Source of the DNA: Acidimicrobiia bacterium | GTDB taxonomy: Bacteria; Actinomycetota; Acidimicrobiia; Spongiisociales; ZC4RG35 | Direction: 5' to 3' | DNA: 64,000 nt | NCBI GenBank assembly: GCA_965204615.1 | Contig: OZ242000.1 | Span: 214,956-278,955 of the forward strand | Part shown: positions 48,101 through 56,464 of the stretch, one piece after another | How the letters are laid out: each line of letters starts with the position of its first letter | Position numbering within the stretch: the first letter of the stretch is position 1 | The notes under the pieces: model-generated | What the model was told of the DNA's origin: nothing | What the model saw: the letters and a program-made list of their open reading frames with translations, nothing else | Databases searched by the model: none | Translations under genes and position numbers: made by a program

Positions 48101-48858
48101 ATGGTCATGGCGGCGCGCTGGTGGGATGTCTCCGCGGTCAGCGTCGCCTCGGTCACCTGGTAGCCGACGTTGACAGTCCGCCCGGCCGTACCGGTCGCCG
48201 AAAGAGTGTGCCGGTTCCCGCCGGCAGTGACCACGAGGCTGACCAATGACGCGTTCGAGCTTTGGGCGTCGTCGTCGGTGATCATCACCGCCGCCTTGTT
48301 TCTGAACAGCAAACCAACGCCGCGGCTGCCATCAGGCCCGAGCGCCACATAGAAACGCTCGCTGCCCTCCTGCAGGGCGTCGTCGGAGATAGCGATGTTC
48401 ACCGTGCGGGAGTTGCCCGGCTGGGCGGGCGTCGACGACGTGGTAGTAGCCGAGGCGGCAGCCTCGCCGCTCCAGTCGAAACGGGAGTAGCCGACCAACT
48501 TATCACCGATCCACTCGACGCCGCTGTCGAGCGCTGCAGCAGGCTGGCGTCCAGCGAAGGCTGCATCGATGGGGCGGCCCACCACCAGCGCTCTGTTCCT
48601 GTCGCTAGACACGTGCAGGATCGCCACCACCGGCCACGCTTCGGCGGCGCTCGTCGTGTTCGCAAGCGTGCAGGCCAGTGTCTCACCCTCAGCAACCGTG
48701 GCCTCGCATGTGAGCGTAAAACCGCCCTGGGTGACCGTGACCGTCGAGTTACCAGCGGCCGGCCGGACGAGTGCAGACAGCACCAACCCGCCAAGGAGCA
48801 ACGGTACGCCGGTTCTTACCAGCCAGGCTCTCGACCGTCGAGAGATACCGTTAGACAC
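45142..48858 (-). CDS. Large secreted surface protein: duplicated N-terminal domain, cadherin-like beta-sandwich repeats, poly-Pro/poly-Gly linker and C-terminal SLH domains
   Basis: Signal peptide; repeated DPSLASL...YTASV...GQNTITVKVTAQSG.TRTYTITVTR; SLH motifs TRQQFVTFLWR, TRGQMAALLYR, TRAEAALF. Confidence 0.9.
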   Translation of the reverse strand: MSNGISRRSRAWLVRTGVPLLLGGLVLSALVRPAAGNSTVTVTQGGFTLTCEATVAEGETLACTLANTTSAAEAWPVVAILHVSSDRNRALVVGRPIDAAFAGRQPAAALDSGVEWIGDKLVGYSRFDWSGEAAASATTTSSTPAQPGNSRTVNIAISDDALQEGSERFYVALGPDGSRGVGLLFRNKAAVMITDDDAQSSNASLVSLVVTAGGNRHTLSATGTAGRTVNVGYQVTEATLTAETSHQRAAMTMAATHGGSSVVLAEGDVTSLSVTSGEESASVPLSVGATSVTLTVTGEDGTVATYQIDIVRSAIGNATTVTVTLDDFELSCPSEAEEGSAVECTLTNNGATPQPWPVVAVLHSAVDEARALVAEDSVIADVDSGYSKDLTLSKQAPARDRFNYGYGELYSGGSRTVYRVWGYEKFDWDGSAAAGAERTVSIELHDDLATTDDPGETEVFYVALAPDDYGGLSQLTENTAPILLRQRSGTNVVRTVSFTAVTDTSAVAVVRIANTDGSTMYWRYRRSGETWSAAQPRQNAGNLERLSLTGLTTGSRYDLQVSFTSTFADATTYSLDIGALDSDPSLSSLSLSGVTLSPGFDSATKLYTASVESGTDSATATPATTESSATAVITPADADTDTDGHQVSLGYGQNDITVKVTAQNGDTRTYTITVTRAGYDPSLASLTLGSLTLDPSFASATTSYTASVGYTTASATVTATPTESSASMAILPADADTDTDGHQVALQVGQNTITVKVTAKSGATRTYTITVTRARPDNDPSLAFLTVGTSTGTFPAFSPAFRATTTSYTTSVAYETTDVTVWHTATQPATAKVEFNTIDLQPFIPAHQVSLDVGQNTITVKVTAQSGRTRTYTVTVTRAQPDDDPSLASLSLGGVTLDPSFASATTSYTASVDSGTGSVTVTATPTESSASAVITPADADTVTAGHQVALQVGQNTITVKVTAQSGKARTYMITVTRDSPSSPPPPPPPPPPPAPPSGGGGGGGGGGGGGSPPPSPSTGGGSPGGDENAEEPPPGASDLFEDITAGAWYEAAVTWMITNQVTSGCAPTRFCPEQNLTRQQFVTFLWRAAGRPTPRYTGTQAFTDVTEGIYSDQAIGWAVSNNTTLGCTPGTFGDTNWKFCPTHQVTRGQMAALLYRHTEATYTGSPPFYTDVEPDDFYATAITWLTDFNVVPGCGPKHFCPDRPATRAEAALFINGVAIRPHIWGQDNTAFTPTPNSE
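45930..47110 (-). repeat. Four tandem ~300-bp cadherin-like domain repeats
   Basis: Recurrent GCGGTGACCTTCACGGTGAT...GTTCTGGCCG blocks at ~300-bp spacing. Confidence 0.85.
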
Positions 48859-49164
48859 CTAGACGAGTAGTCCCAAGCGGTCCGACCGCGCTGCAACCCT
48901 TGTTCTATCGATAAGCGGTGCTGCGCGGCACAAACGGTGACTCATCCCACCGCGCTCCCGGCACGGTATCCGAACCGTCCCCGTGCCGGTGGATCCTCCC
49001 GGCGTCGGTCGGGAACCCGACATCCGTATCGAGACCGAAACCAACCGCATCTCGCCAACAATTCACCGCCTCACCCCCGACTGATCGAGCTACCCGTATG
49101 CTAACCGTATTGTGGATTGGCTGCACGTATTATACGCGTATGGCACAGGTGGCTGGCTGTATCC

Positions 49165-49375
49165 AACGAACCCACAAGGCGCTTGTGTTCACCGCCCCAG
49201 TCGATCTCCGCGACCAGCTACGCGGTCGGACCACCAAAGCCCAGATCGCCACCTGCGCAGCCTTTGCGTCTCGCCAGAGGACGCCTGGACGAACTCGCCC
49301 GCCACCAAACAAGCACTCCGCAGCCTCGCCCGCCGCATCAACGCCCTCACCGCCGAGGAAGTGCAGCAAAAGTGA
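49165..49375 (+). pseudogene. Internal fragment of an IS110 recombinase related to element B
   Basis: KALVFTAPVDLRDQLRG and TKQALRSLARRINALT match element B KALLVTAPVDLRDQLRG and TKQAMRSAARRIRALT. Confidence 0.8.
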
Positions 49376-49427
49376 TAACCAGAAGGACCATCTAGCCCTC
49401 TGACAGGCACAATGCATGAGTTCTAGG

Positions 49428-49512
49428 CGGAGGGAGTGGGATTCGAACCCACGAGGCACGGATGCCCAACAGTTTTCAAGACTGTCACCTTAGGCCGCTC
49501 GGTCATCCCTCC
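49428..49512 (-). tRNA. tRNA-Ser(TGA)
   Basis: Minus-strand anticodon arm ACAGT-CTTGAAA-ACTGT; long variable arm; GGTTCGAATCC. Confidence 0.95.
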
Positions 49513-49542
49513 ATCGGGCCGGAACCGGACGCGGTCACCAAG

Positions 49543-49631
49543 CGGAGGGAGTGGGATTCGAACCCACGAGGGGGGTAACCCCCTACGGCATTTCGAGTGC
49601 CGCGCACTAGGCCGGACTATGCGATCCCTCC
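49543..49631 (-). tRNA. tRNA-Ser(CGA)
   Basis: Minus-strand anticodon arm CGGCA-CTCGAAA-TGCCG; long variable arm. Confidence 0.95.
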
Positions 49632-49717
49632 GGACAGATCACCCTTTCACCGGTGATCGGGTCATAGACTAGCCGGTCGTCTCCATGATGGATCAAAGAT
49701 AAGGTAGCCTCCGAGAA

Positions 49718-51061
49718 GTGAGGCGAAGCTCTCTTGTGGGATGGTCCGCGGTGGCCTGTCTGTCTTTGTTGGCGGCTTCCTGCGGTGATGAATCGTCCCT
49801 CTCTCCCGCCACCACGGTGATGGTGGAGGTGACTGCCGAAGTGACCGCCACCACCGCAACGACTGTCCCGCCCACCACCACGACCACCACCGCTCCGGTG
49901 GAGGGCTTGTTGTTCCTCCCTGAGTCCTTCCGGGAGCGGATGGAGGAACTGGTGGAGGAGACCCAGGCTCTCCGTGGCTTCACCTTCGTCGAACCACTGC
50001 AGATCGAGGGGATCACCTCCCAGGAGATGATCAGACGACTCCGCGCCGACGTCGCCCTGGATGCACGCCTCTCCGAGATCGACCAACCCCTGTTCACCCT
50101 GCTGGGTCTGATAGAGCCACAGCAGGACTGGGTGGAGGTCGTGGCCGGTTTCCGAGCGCGTCCGATTCCCGGCTACTACGACGTGGCCAGCCAGCGGTTG
50201 TGGATGGTCTCCACCCTTGAGGACCCGAGTCCCCTGGAAGAGATGACCCTGGTGGGGGAGATCGCCAAGGCGCTGGTCGACCGGCACCTGGGTATCTGGC
50301 GGCGCCAATCACGTTTGGCCAGGGTAGGCGACAGCGACTACCTGGCGGTCCTGGGAGGCATGGCCGAGGCCGACGCCACCCTGGTGGAGTTGCTCTTCAT
50401 GGAGGGAATGACCGACTCGGACAGGGAGGAAGTGCTGGGAGAGGCCTGGGAAGTCGCCTCCGACGACCTCGTCATCCCTTCGTTCCTGACCCACAGCCTC
50501 GGTTTCCCATCGGGTCCGGTTCTCGAGTACCTGCAGGGGCTCATTCAATCGGGGGGCTGGGATTTGGTCAATCAGACCCATCGCAACCCGCCCGACTCCA
50601 GCGAGTTCATTCTGGAGCAGAGTGTCGGGCCCCCGGAACCCGTGCTTCTTCCCAAGCCGGAGGCGTCTCCTCCGGAGTCATACCAACTGGTCTCCGACTC
50701 CGTGTGGGGACAGTGGGGATGGAACGCGCTGTTGGCTTCCGCTCTCTCCTCCGAGCAGGCGGCGGCAGCCTCACAGGGCTGGGGCGGTGACCGGTACCTG
50801 GTGTTCAGCGACGGTGGGGACATCGCCCTGGTGGTGGACTACGTGGGGGACACGGTGGCCGACGCCGAGGAGATGCGGGCCGCTCTGGTGGAGTACATCG
50901 TTGCCGCCATGGATGCCGGAGGACCCAATCGAACAGCGGACGGGGTCGAGTTCTCCGGCGCCGCCTATGCCTGGCTGGGCGGGGAAGGGGAGACACTGAC
51001 CTTCATAGCCTCCTCCGATGTGGATGCGGGACGCCAGATTCGGGCCTCCCGCAGTGGCTGA
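49718..51061 (+). CDS. Lipoprotein, zincin-like paralog lacking HExxH
   Basis: Lipobox LAASC; Thr-rich linker; collinear with the next gene but GEIAK replaces HELIH. Confidence 0.75.
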   Translation: MRRSSLVGWSAVACLSLLAASCGDESSLSPATTVMVEVTAEVTATTATTVPPTTTTTTAPVEGLLFLPESFRERMEELVEETQALRGFTFVEPLQIEGITSQEMIRRLRADVALDARLSEIDQPLFTLLGLIEPQQDWVEVVAGFRARPIPGYYDVASQRLWMVSTLEDPSPLEEMTLVGEIAKALVDRHLGIWRRQSRLARVGDSDYLAVLGGMAEADATLVELLFMEGMTDSDREEVLGEAWEVASDDLVIPSFLTHSLGFPSGPVLEYLQGLIQSGGWDLVNQTHRNPPDSSEFILEQSVGPPEPVLLPKPEASPPESYQLVSDSVWGQWGWNALLASALSSEQAAAASQGWGGDRYLVFSDGGDIALVVDYVGDTVADAEEMRAALVEYIVAAMDAGGPNRTADGVEFSGAAYAWLGGEGETLTFIASSDVDAGRQIRASRSG

Positions 51062-51189
51062 AGACCTCCGCCGGCACTATTCGCCTCCCCATTTGTGCTG
51101 CGTCGGGATAGGCTCAGGGGAGTGAACTTGGCTGAGCCTGGACATCTCGCCGCAACCATGACATCCCCTCCGGGCCGGGTGCTCACGAG

Positions 51190-52701
51190 ATGGTGATCCG
51201 GCCGCGCCTCTCGAACCCGAACCGTCACGTTCGGTCCATTTTCCTGTCGGCGGTCGTGGTGGTCGCCCTGGTTGTGGCGGCCTGCGGAGGTGCGGCCGAC
51301 TCCACTTCCGCCGGTGCCACCGAGGAGACGGCGGTCACCACCACCGCCGCGCCTGCCACCACTGCTCCGGTGGCCACCACCGAGGCGCCTACGACCACCA
51401 CCACCGTTCCGGTCACCACCACCGAAGCGCCTCCAACCACACAGGCGGCAACGACCACCACCACCGGGACGACCACCACCACCGAAGCGCCTGTGACAAC
51501 CACCACTGCGGCTGAACCAGACCCGGATTTACCTGTAATCGAGGGGCTCAGCCCGGAGATCTCGGCTCTGGTCTGGGAAGCCGTGGAGATCACCGAGGGT
51601 ATTAGGGGGCTGGAGTTCGAGGAACTGCCGGTCATCACCGTCCTCTCTCCCGAAGACTTCGAGGCAAGGGTGCGGATGGAGGTCGACTCCGAACTGGAGG
51701 ACATCGAGATCGACGAGGCCCTGTTCAAACTGCTCGGCCTGCTGGAGCCCGACGCCGATCTGAGGGCACTGTACGGGGACCTGTACGGCGAGAGCGTGGC
51801 GGGGTTCTACTCCAGTGATGACAGGGAATTGGTGATTCCAGCCTCCGGCGAGAAGTTCACCGGACTGCAGACCCTGACCCTCATCCATGAGTTGATTCAC
51901 GCCCTCACCGATCAGCACTTCGACTTCGGGTCGCGGATGGAAGATTTGATTGACGGACAACTGTTCGATCCCGCCTCGGGTCTGGTGGGTTTGGTGGAGG
52001 GGGACGCCACCCTGGCGGAGTTCGTGTACGTGAACAACCTCGACATCGCCGCCCGTAACCGCCTGGTGGCCGAGTACGCCGACTACGAGCCACCGGACAT
52101 CGACATTCCGCTGTTCATGGAAAAGGCCCTCTACTTTCCTTACGACCGCGGTTACGGGTATGTGGCGAACAGGTGGAGGGAAGGAGGGTGGAATGCGGTG
52201 AACGACCTGTACCTGGACCCGCCCGGTTCCACCGAGGAGATCTATCTGGGCGCTCCTTCCGGGGCCACGGAGGTAATCCGGATGGAGAGGCCCTCCGGCG
52301 CTCTTCCCGAGGGGTACGAGGAGATCTACGACTACACGTGGGGCTTTTTGGACATCCTGGTCATGTTCGAGCAGGTCCTCGGTCCCGAGGTTGCTCTGCA
52401 GGCGGCGACCGGATGGGGTGGGGGACGCAGCCTGGTGGGATACAGCGATGAGGGCGAGGTGGTGCTGGTCTGGGAATACGCGGGGGACAGCCAGGACGAG
52501 GCCGATGAATTGGTCCTCCTTCTTGATGACTACGCAACAGAGGCCATGCATGTGGGAGAACTTCAATATCGGGAGGATCTGGGTTTCTCGGCCTCGGGGG
52601 AGGACCATGTCTTCGTCGCTCCCATCCCGCCGGGCATGGTGATGGTGGCCTGTTCGGACCCTGAGGTCTGCCCTTCGGTGATAGCCTCGTATCTGCCCTG
52701 A
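51190..52701 (+). CDS. Lipoprotein, putative zinc metallopeptidase
   Basis: Lipobox VAAC; Thr-rich stalk; VAGFY, HELIHALTDQHF, VEGDA, FPY, GWGG. Confidence 0.8.
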   Translation: MVIRPRLSNPNRHVRSIFLSAVVVVALVVAACGGAADSTSAGATEETAVTTTAAPATTAPVATTEAPTTTTTVPVTTTEAPPTTQAATTTTTGTTTTTEAPVTTTTAAEPDPDLPVIEGLSPEISALVWEAVEITEGIRGLEFEELPVITVLSPEDFEARVRMEVDSELEDIEIDEALFKLLGLLEPDADLRALYGDLYGESVAGFYSSDDRELVIPASGEKFTGLQTLTLIHELIHALTDQHFDFGSRMEDLIDGQLFDPASGLVGLVEGDATLAEFVYVNNLDIAARNRLVAEYADYEPPDIDIPLFMEKALYFPYDRGYGYVANRWREGGWNAVNDLYLDPPGSTEEIYLGAPSGATEVIRMERPSGALPEGYEEIYDYTWGFLDILVMFEQVLGPEVALQAATGWGGGRSLVGYSDEGEVVLVWEYAGDSQDEADELVLLLDDYATEAMHVGELQYREDLGFSASGEDHVFVAPIPPGMVMVACSDPEVCPSVIASYLP

Positions 52702-53040
52702 GTGGTGGGGGAGATGCAGTGTGGGGAATGGAGTTCGGGTCCCTTGATGGTGGCCGACACCTTCTGGCGGAGACTGAGGGGCATACACGCCGTTCCCCGG
52801 CGATGGGGAGTCCTGATCCCGGGGCGCTCGGTCCACGGCCTGTTCACCGCCACCCGGCTGTGGGCGGTGGGGCTGGACCGGGATCTGCAGGTGGTGGGGG
52901 TGCGAGTTCTCAGACCCGGGGGGATGGCGGTCTTCAGGGAGGCGGCCGCGGTGCTCGAACTGCGATCCGAGCGGATACCCCCCGGTACGGGCTGGAGGTT
53001 GTCGTGGAAGGGAGGCGTCTCCCCGTGGCCGGGCTCCTGA
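52702..53040 (+). CDS. DUF192-like protein
   Basis: VADTFWRRLRG, SVHG, AVLEL. Confidence 0.65.
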   Translation: MVGEMQCGEWSSGPLMVADTFWRRLRGIHAVPRRWGVLIPGRSVHGLFTATRLWAVGLDRDLQVVGVRVLRPGGMAVFREAAAVLELRSERIPPGTGWRLSWKGGVSPWPGS

Positions 53041-53861
53041 TCCTGTGCGGTACCCCGCTGGGCAACCTGGGGGACGCCCCTCCCCGGTTGAAAGAGGCCC
53101 TGTCGAAGGCGGATTGCATTTACGCCGAGGACACCCGGCGCTCCGGCCGGCTACTGGATGCCCTGGGTGTCCGGCCCGCGAGGCTCCGGTCCTACTTCGT
53201 CGGTAACGAGTCGTCCCGCACGGCGGAGTTGGCCGGCCGACTGGCCGCGGGAGAGACGGTGGCCCTGGTCAGCGACGCGGGGGTACCCGGCGTCTCCGAT
53301 CCCGGGTTGTCGGCGGTCAGGGCGGCTCGCGACCAGGGCGCGCAGGTCACGGTCATACCCGGTCCCAGCGCGGTGACGGCCGCGCTCGCCGTGTCCGGGC
53401 TTCCCGCCAACCGGTTCTCATTCGAAGGGTTCCTGCCCCGTTCGGGGGAGCGGCGCGCCCGGCGGATCCGGGAGGTGGCGTCCTCTGCGGAGACGGTGGT
53501 GCTCTTCTCGTCTCCCCATCGATTGGTGGAGGATCTGGCCGACCTGGCCCGGGCCGGGCTGGGCGACCGTGCCGTGTCCGTTGCCCGTGAGCTGAGCAAA
53601 CTCCACGAGGAGGTGTGGACGGGAACGGTGTCGGAGGCGATCGAGGAGTGGACCGTCCGTCCTCCCCGGGGCGAGTTCACCCTGGTGGTGGCAGGCCGCC
53701 GGGGGACCACCGAGAGCCTGCCGATGAGTGAGGCGACCGAAGCCGTCGAACGTCTGGTGGCGGGGGGACTCTCCGCCTCGATGGCGGTGAGGGAGGTGTC
53801 CCGTCTGACCGGGGTGTCGCGGCGGCGCCTCTATGAGTCGGCGCACGGCGGGAAGGAGTGA
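53025..53861 (+). CDS. rsmI: 16S rRNA C1402 2'-O-methyltransferase
   Basis: TPLGNLGD, AEDTR, VSDAGVPGVSDPG, PGPSA, FEGFLP, RELSKLHEE. Confidence 0.95.
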   Translation: MAGLLILCGTPLGNLGDAPPRLKEALSKADCIYAEDTRRSGRLLDALGVRPARLRSYFVGNESSRTAELAGRLAAGETVALVSDAGVPGVSDPGLSAVRAARDQGAQVTVIPGPSAVTAALAVSGLPANRFSFEGFLPRSGERRARRIREVASSAETVVLFSSPHRLVEDLADLARAGLGDRAVSVARELSKLHEEVWTGTVSEAIEEWTVRPPRGEFTLVVAGRRGTTESLPMSEATEAVERLVAGGLSASMAVREVSRLTGVSRRRLYESAHGGKE

Positions 53862-54649
53862 GCGTGCCGGGGACCGACGGTGACCCATGCTGGGTGGACA
53901 CCCATTGCCATCTGCAGTTGGACCGACGGCCGGCCGGGGAGTTGTTGGGGCGCGCATCGTCGGTGGAGTGGGTGGTGACGCCGGGAGTGGACCTGGAGTC
54001 TTCCCGGGCCGCGGTCCGTCTGGCGTCGGAGTTTCCCGGCCGTGTGGCGGCGACCGCGGGCCTCCATCCCCACCAGGCGAGCCTGTGGCCGTCGGAGGGC
54101 CGGGACATCGCCGAGTTGGCCGGGAGAGCCGCGGCGGTGGGGGAGACCGGACTGGACTTCTACCGGGACCTCTCGCCGCGACCCCACCAGGTGGAGGCCT
54201 TTCGTTCCCAGATCGAGCTCGCCATCCAACTCCACAAGCCCCTGGTCGTCCACTGCCGTGACGCCTTTTCCGATGTGCACCGCCTGCTGGAGGAGACCGA
54301 GGCCGGCCCGGCGGCGGTGATGCACTGCTGGACCGGCGGCCCTCGCTGGACCAGGCGCTTCCTCGACCTGGGGGTGACCTTCTCCTTCGCCGGTCCGGTT
54401 GCCTTCCCCACCGGCGACACGGTCCGCAGGGGGGCCGAGATCGTTCCTCCCTCCCGGGGGATGGTGGAGACCGACACCCCCTATCTCGCCCCTCCTCCTC
54501 ACCGGGGGGAGCCCAACGAGCCGGCCTGGGTCGCCCTGGTGGGCCAGGCCCTGGCGCGGGTGTGGGGAATGGAGCCCGAAGAGGTGGCCCGTATCACCAG
54601 CGCCACCGCGCAGCGGACCTTCGGCGCTCCGGAGGCGGGGCCCGGTTGA
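53858..54649 (+). CDS. tatD: TatD family hydrolase
   Basis: DTHCHL, GLHPH, GETGLD, HCRDA, ETDTPYLAP. Confidence 0.95.
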   Translation: MSVPGTDGDPCWVDTHCHLQLDRRPAGELLGRASSVEWVVTPGVDLESSRAAVRLASEFPGRVAATAGLHPHQASLWPSEGRDIAELAGRAAAVGETGLDFYRDLSPRPHQVEAFRSQIELAIQLHKPLVVHCRDAFSDVHRLLEETEAGPAAVMHCWTGGPRWTRRFLDLGVTFSFAGPVAFPTGDTVRRGAEIVPPSRGMVETDTPYLAPPPHRGEPNEPAWVALVGQALARVWGMEPEEVARITSATAQRTFGAPEAGPG

Positions 54650-55479
54650 GTTCTTTCACCCCTTCGGGGCTGACCGGGTTGCTGCGGCGCCATGGCATAA
54701 GGCCGTCGCGACGGTTGGGCCAGCATTTCCTGGTGGACGCCAACCTGGTGAGAAAGATCGTGAAGACCGCCGGGATCGGGCCCGGCCACCAGGTTCTGGA
54801 GGTGGGGGCGGGTGTCGGCAATCTCACCGCGGCCCTGGCGGAGACCGGCGCCCGGGTGGTCTGCTATGAGATCGACAGTCGTCTCCAACCGGTCCTCTCC
54901 GAGACGCTGGCTGCCCATGCGGCGAACGTAGAGATACGCATGGAGGATGCCCTGGCGGTGGACTGGGATGCCGCCCTGGACGGGGGCGACTGGGTGATGG
55001 TCTCCAACCTGCCCTACGGGGTGGGGACGCCGCTCCTAATGGAGATGCTCCGGAAAGCTCCCTCGATTGTGCGGTTCGTGGTGATGCTGCAGCGGGAGGT
55101 GGCTCACAGGCTTGTGGCCTCCCCGTCCGGCAGGGACTACGGTCTCCCCTCGGTGATCGCTGGTCTCCACGCCTCCGTCCACCGGGCCTTCGATGTCCCG
55201 CCCCAGGTGTTCCATCCCCGCCCGGAGGTGTTCTCCTCGGTGGTGGTTATGGACCGGATCGATCCCCATCCCGACACCGCCCGGGCGATCTCACTAGCGG
55301 CCGACGCCTTCGGGAAACGCCGCAAGATGCTCCGGCGATCCCTGGATTCGGTTCTGCCCTCTCCCGAACAGACCCTGGCGGCGGCGGGCATTTCCCCCCA
55401 AGAGCGTCCCGAGGCACTCTCGCCCGCGGACTTCCTCCGGCTGGCCCGGGCCGTGCGGGGTCGGGAGTCCGCCGGGTGA
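54646..55479 (+). CDS. rsmA: 16S rRNA A1518/A1519 dimethyltransferase
   Basis: LGQHFL, LEVGAGVGNLT, SNLPY, RRKMLR. Confidence 0.95.
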   Translation: MSSFTPSGLTGLLRRHGIRPSRRLGQHFLVDANLVRKIVKTAGIGPGHQVLEVGAGVGNLTAALAETGARVVCYEIDSRLQPVLSETLAAHAANVEIRMEDALAVDWDAALDGGDWVMVSNLPYGVGTPLLMEMLRKAPSIVRFVVMLQREVAHRLVASPSGRDYGLPSVIAGLHASVHRAFDVPPQVFHPRPEVFSSVVVMDRIDPHPDTARAISLAADAFGKRRKMLRRSLDSVLPSPEQTLAAAGISPQERPEALSPADFLRLARAVRGRESAG

Positions 55480-56336
55480 GCGCCTGGATCGCTCCCGCCA
55501 AGGTGAACCTCACCCTGATGGTCGGGTCCAGGTCGGCTACCGGGCTTCACCCGGTCAGAACCCTCATTCAGACCATCGACTGGTGTGATGGCCTGACGCT
55601 GGTGGAGGGAGAAGAGGACCGGCTGGAGATAGAGGGGGCCGATCTTCCCGAGGGAGCGGACAACCTGGTCTGGAAGGCGGTGTCCGCCCTGGAGGCCGAG
55701 ACCGGCGTGGAACGTCCCCCGCTCCGGATCAACCTCAGAAAGAGAGTTCCGGTGGGCGCCGGACTGGGAGGAGGGAGCGCCGATGCGGCCGCGGCGCTCA
55801 TGGCGCTGGGAGAGATGCTCGGCACCGATCCGGCGACCCTTCGCCGCGCGGCGGCCCGAGTCGGATCGGATGTGCCGGCCGCGTTGTGGGGAGGGACCGT
55901 GTGGGCTGAGGGTTACGGCGAAGAAATCACCCGCCTTTCCGATTTGTCCGGTTTTGCGGTGGCGGTGGCTGTGCCCGAGTTCCCGCTGCTCACCGGCGAT
56001 GTCTACCGGATGTGGGATGATCTCTCCGAACCGCGGGGGAGGGAGTTTCCCTCCCGGTCCTTGCCTCCTTCGCTCCGCCGCGCCACCCCCATCCGCAACG
56101 ACCTGACTCCCGCCGCTCTCCGGCTCCGTCCCGAACTCGGAGACCTGATGGAGGCGGTGGCCGGGGAGTGGGAGAGGCCGGTGGCCATGTCGGGCAGCGG
56201 ATCATCGATCTTCTCCTTCTTCGTGGATGCCGAGGAGGCGGCCGACGCGGCCTCCGCGGCGGAGAGCCTGACTGCCGTGGCGGTGGGAGCGGATCTATTC
56301 CCGGACGGTCCATTGCGCGACGAAGCGGTATTCTAG
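55476..56336 (+). CDS. ispE: 4-diphosphocytidyl-2-C-methyl-D-erythritol kinase
   Basis: APAKVNL, PVGAGLGGGSADAAA, GSDVP, MSGSGS. Confidence 0.95.
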   Translation: MSAWIAPAKVNLTLMVGSRSATGLHPVRTLIQTIDWCDGLTLVEGEEDRLEIEGADLPEGADNLVWKAVSALEAETGVERPPLRINLRKRVPVGAGLGGGSADAAAALMALGEMLGTDPATLRRAAARVGSDVPAALWGGTVWAEGYGEEITRLSDLSGFAVAVAVPEFPLLTGDVYRMWDDLSEPRGREFPSRSLPPSLRRATPIRNDLTPAALRLRPELGDLMEAVAGEWERPVAMSGSGSSIFSFFVDAEEAADAASAAESLTAVAVGADLFPDGPLRDEAVF

Positions 56337-56361
56337 GGGGCGATGTGCCCTTCTTTTCCCC

Positions 56362-56436
56362 TGGGGGGTGGTGTAACCGGCAGCACAGCGGGTTTTGGTC
56401 CCGCCGGTATGGGTTCAAGTCCTATCCCCCCAGCCA
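56362..56436 (+). tRNA. tRNA-Gln(TTG)
   Basis: Anticodon arm GCGGG-TTTTGGT-CCCGC; encoded CCA; upstream of glmU. Confidence 0.95.
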
Positions 56437-56464
56437 GGGCCGCATCGCCCGGCTCTAGCCTGAG

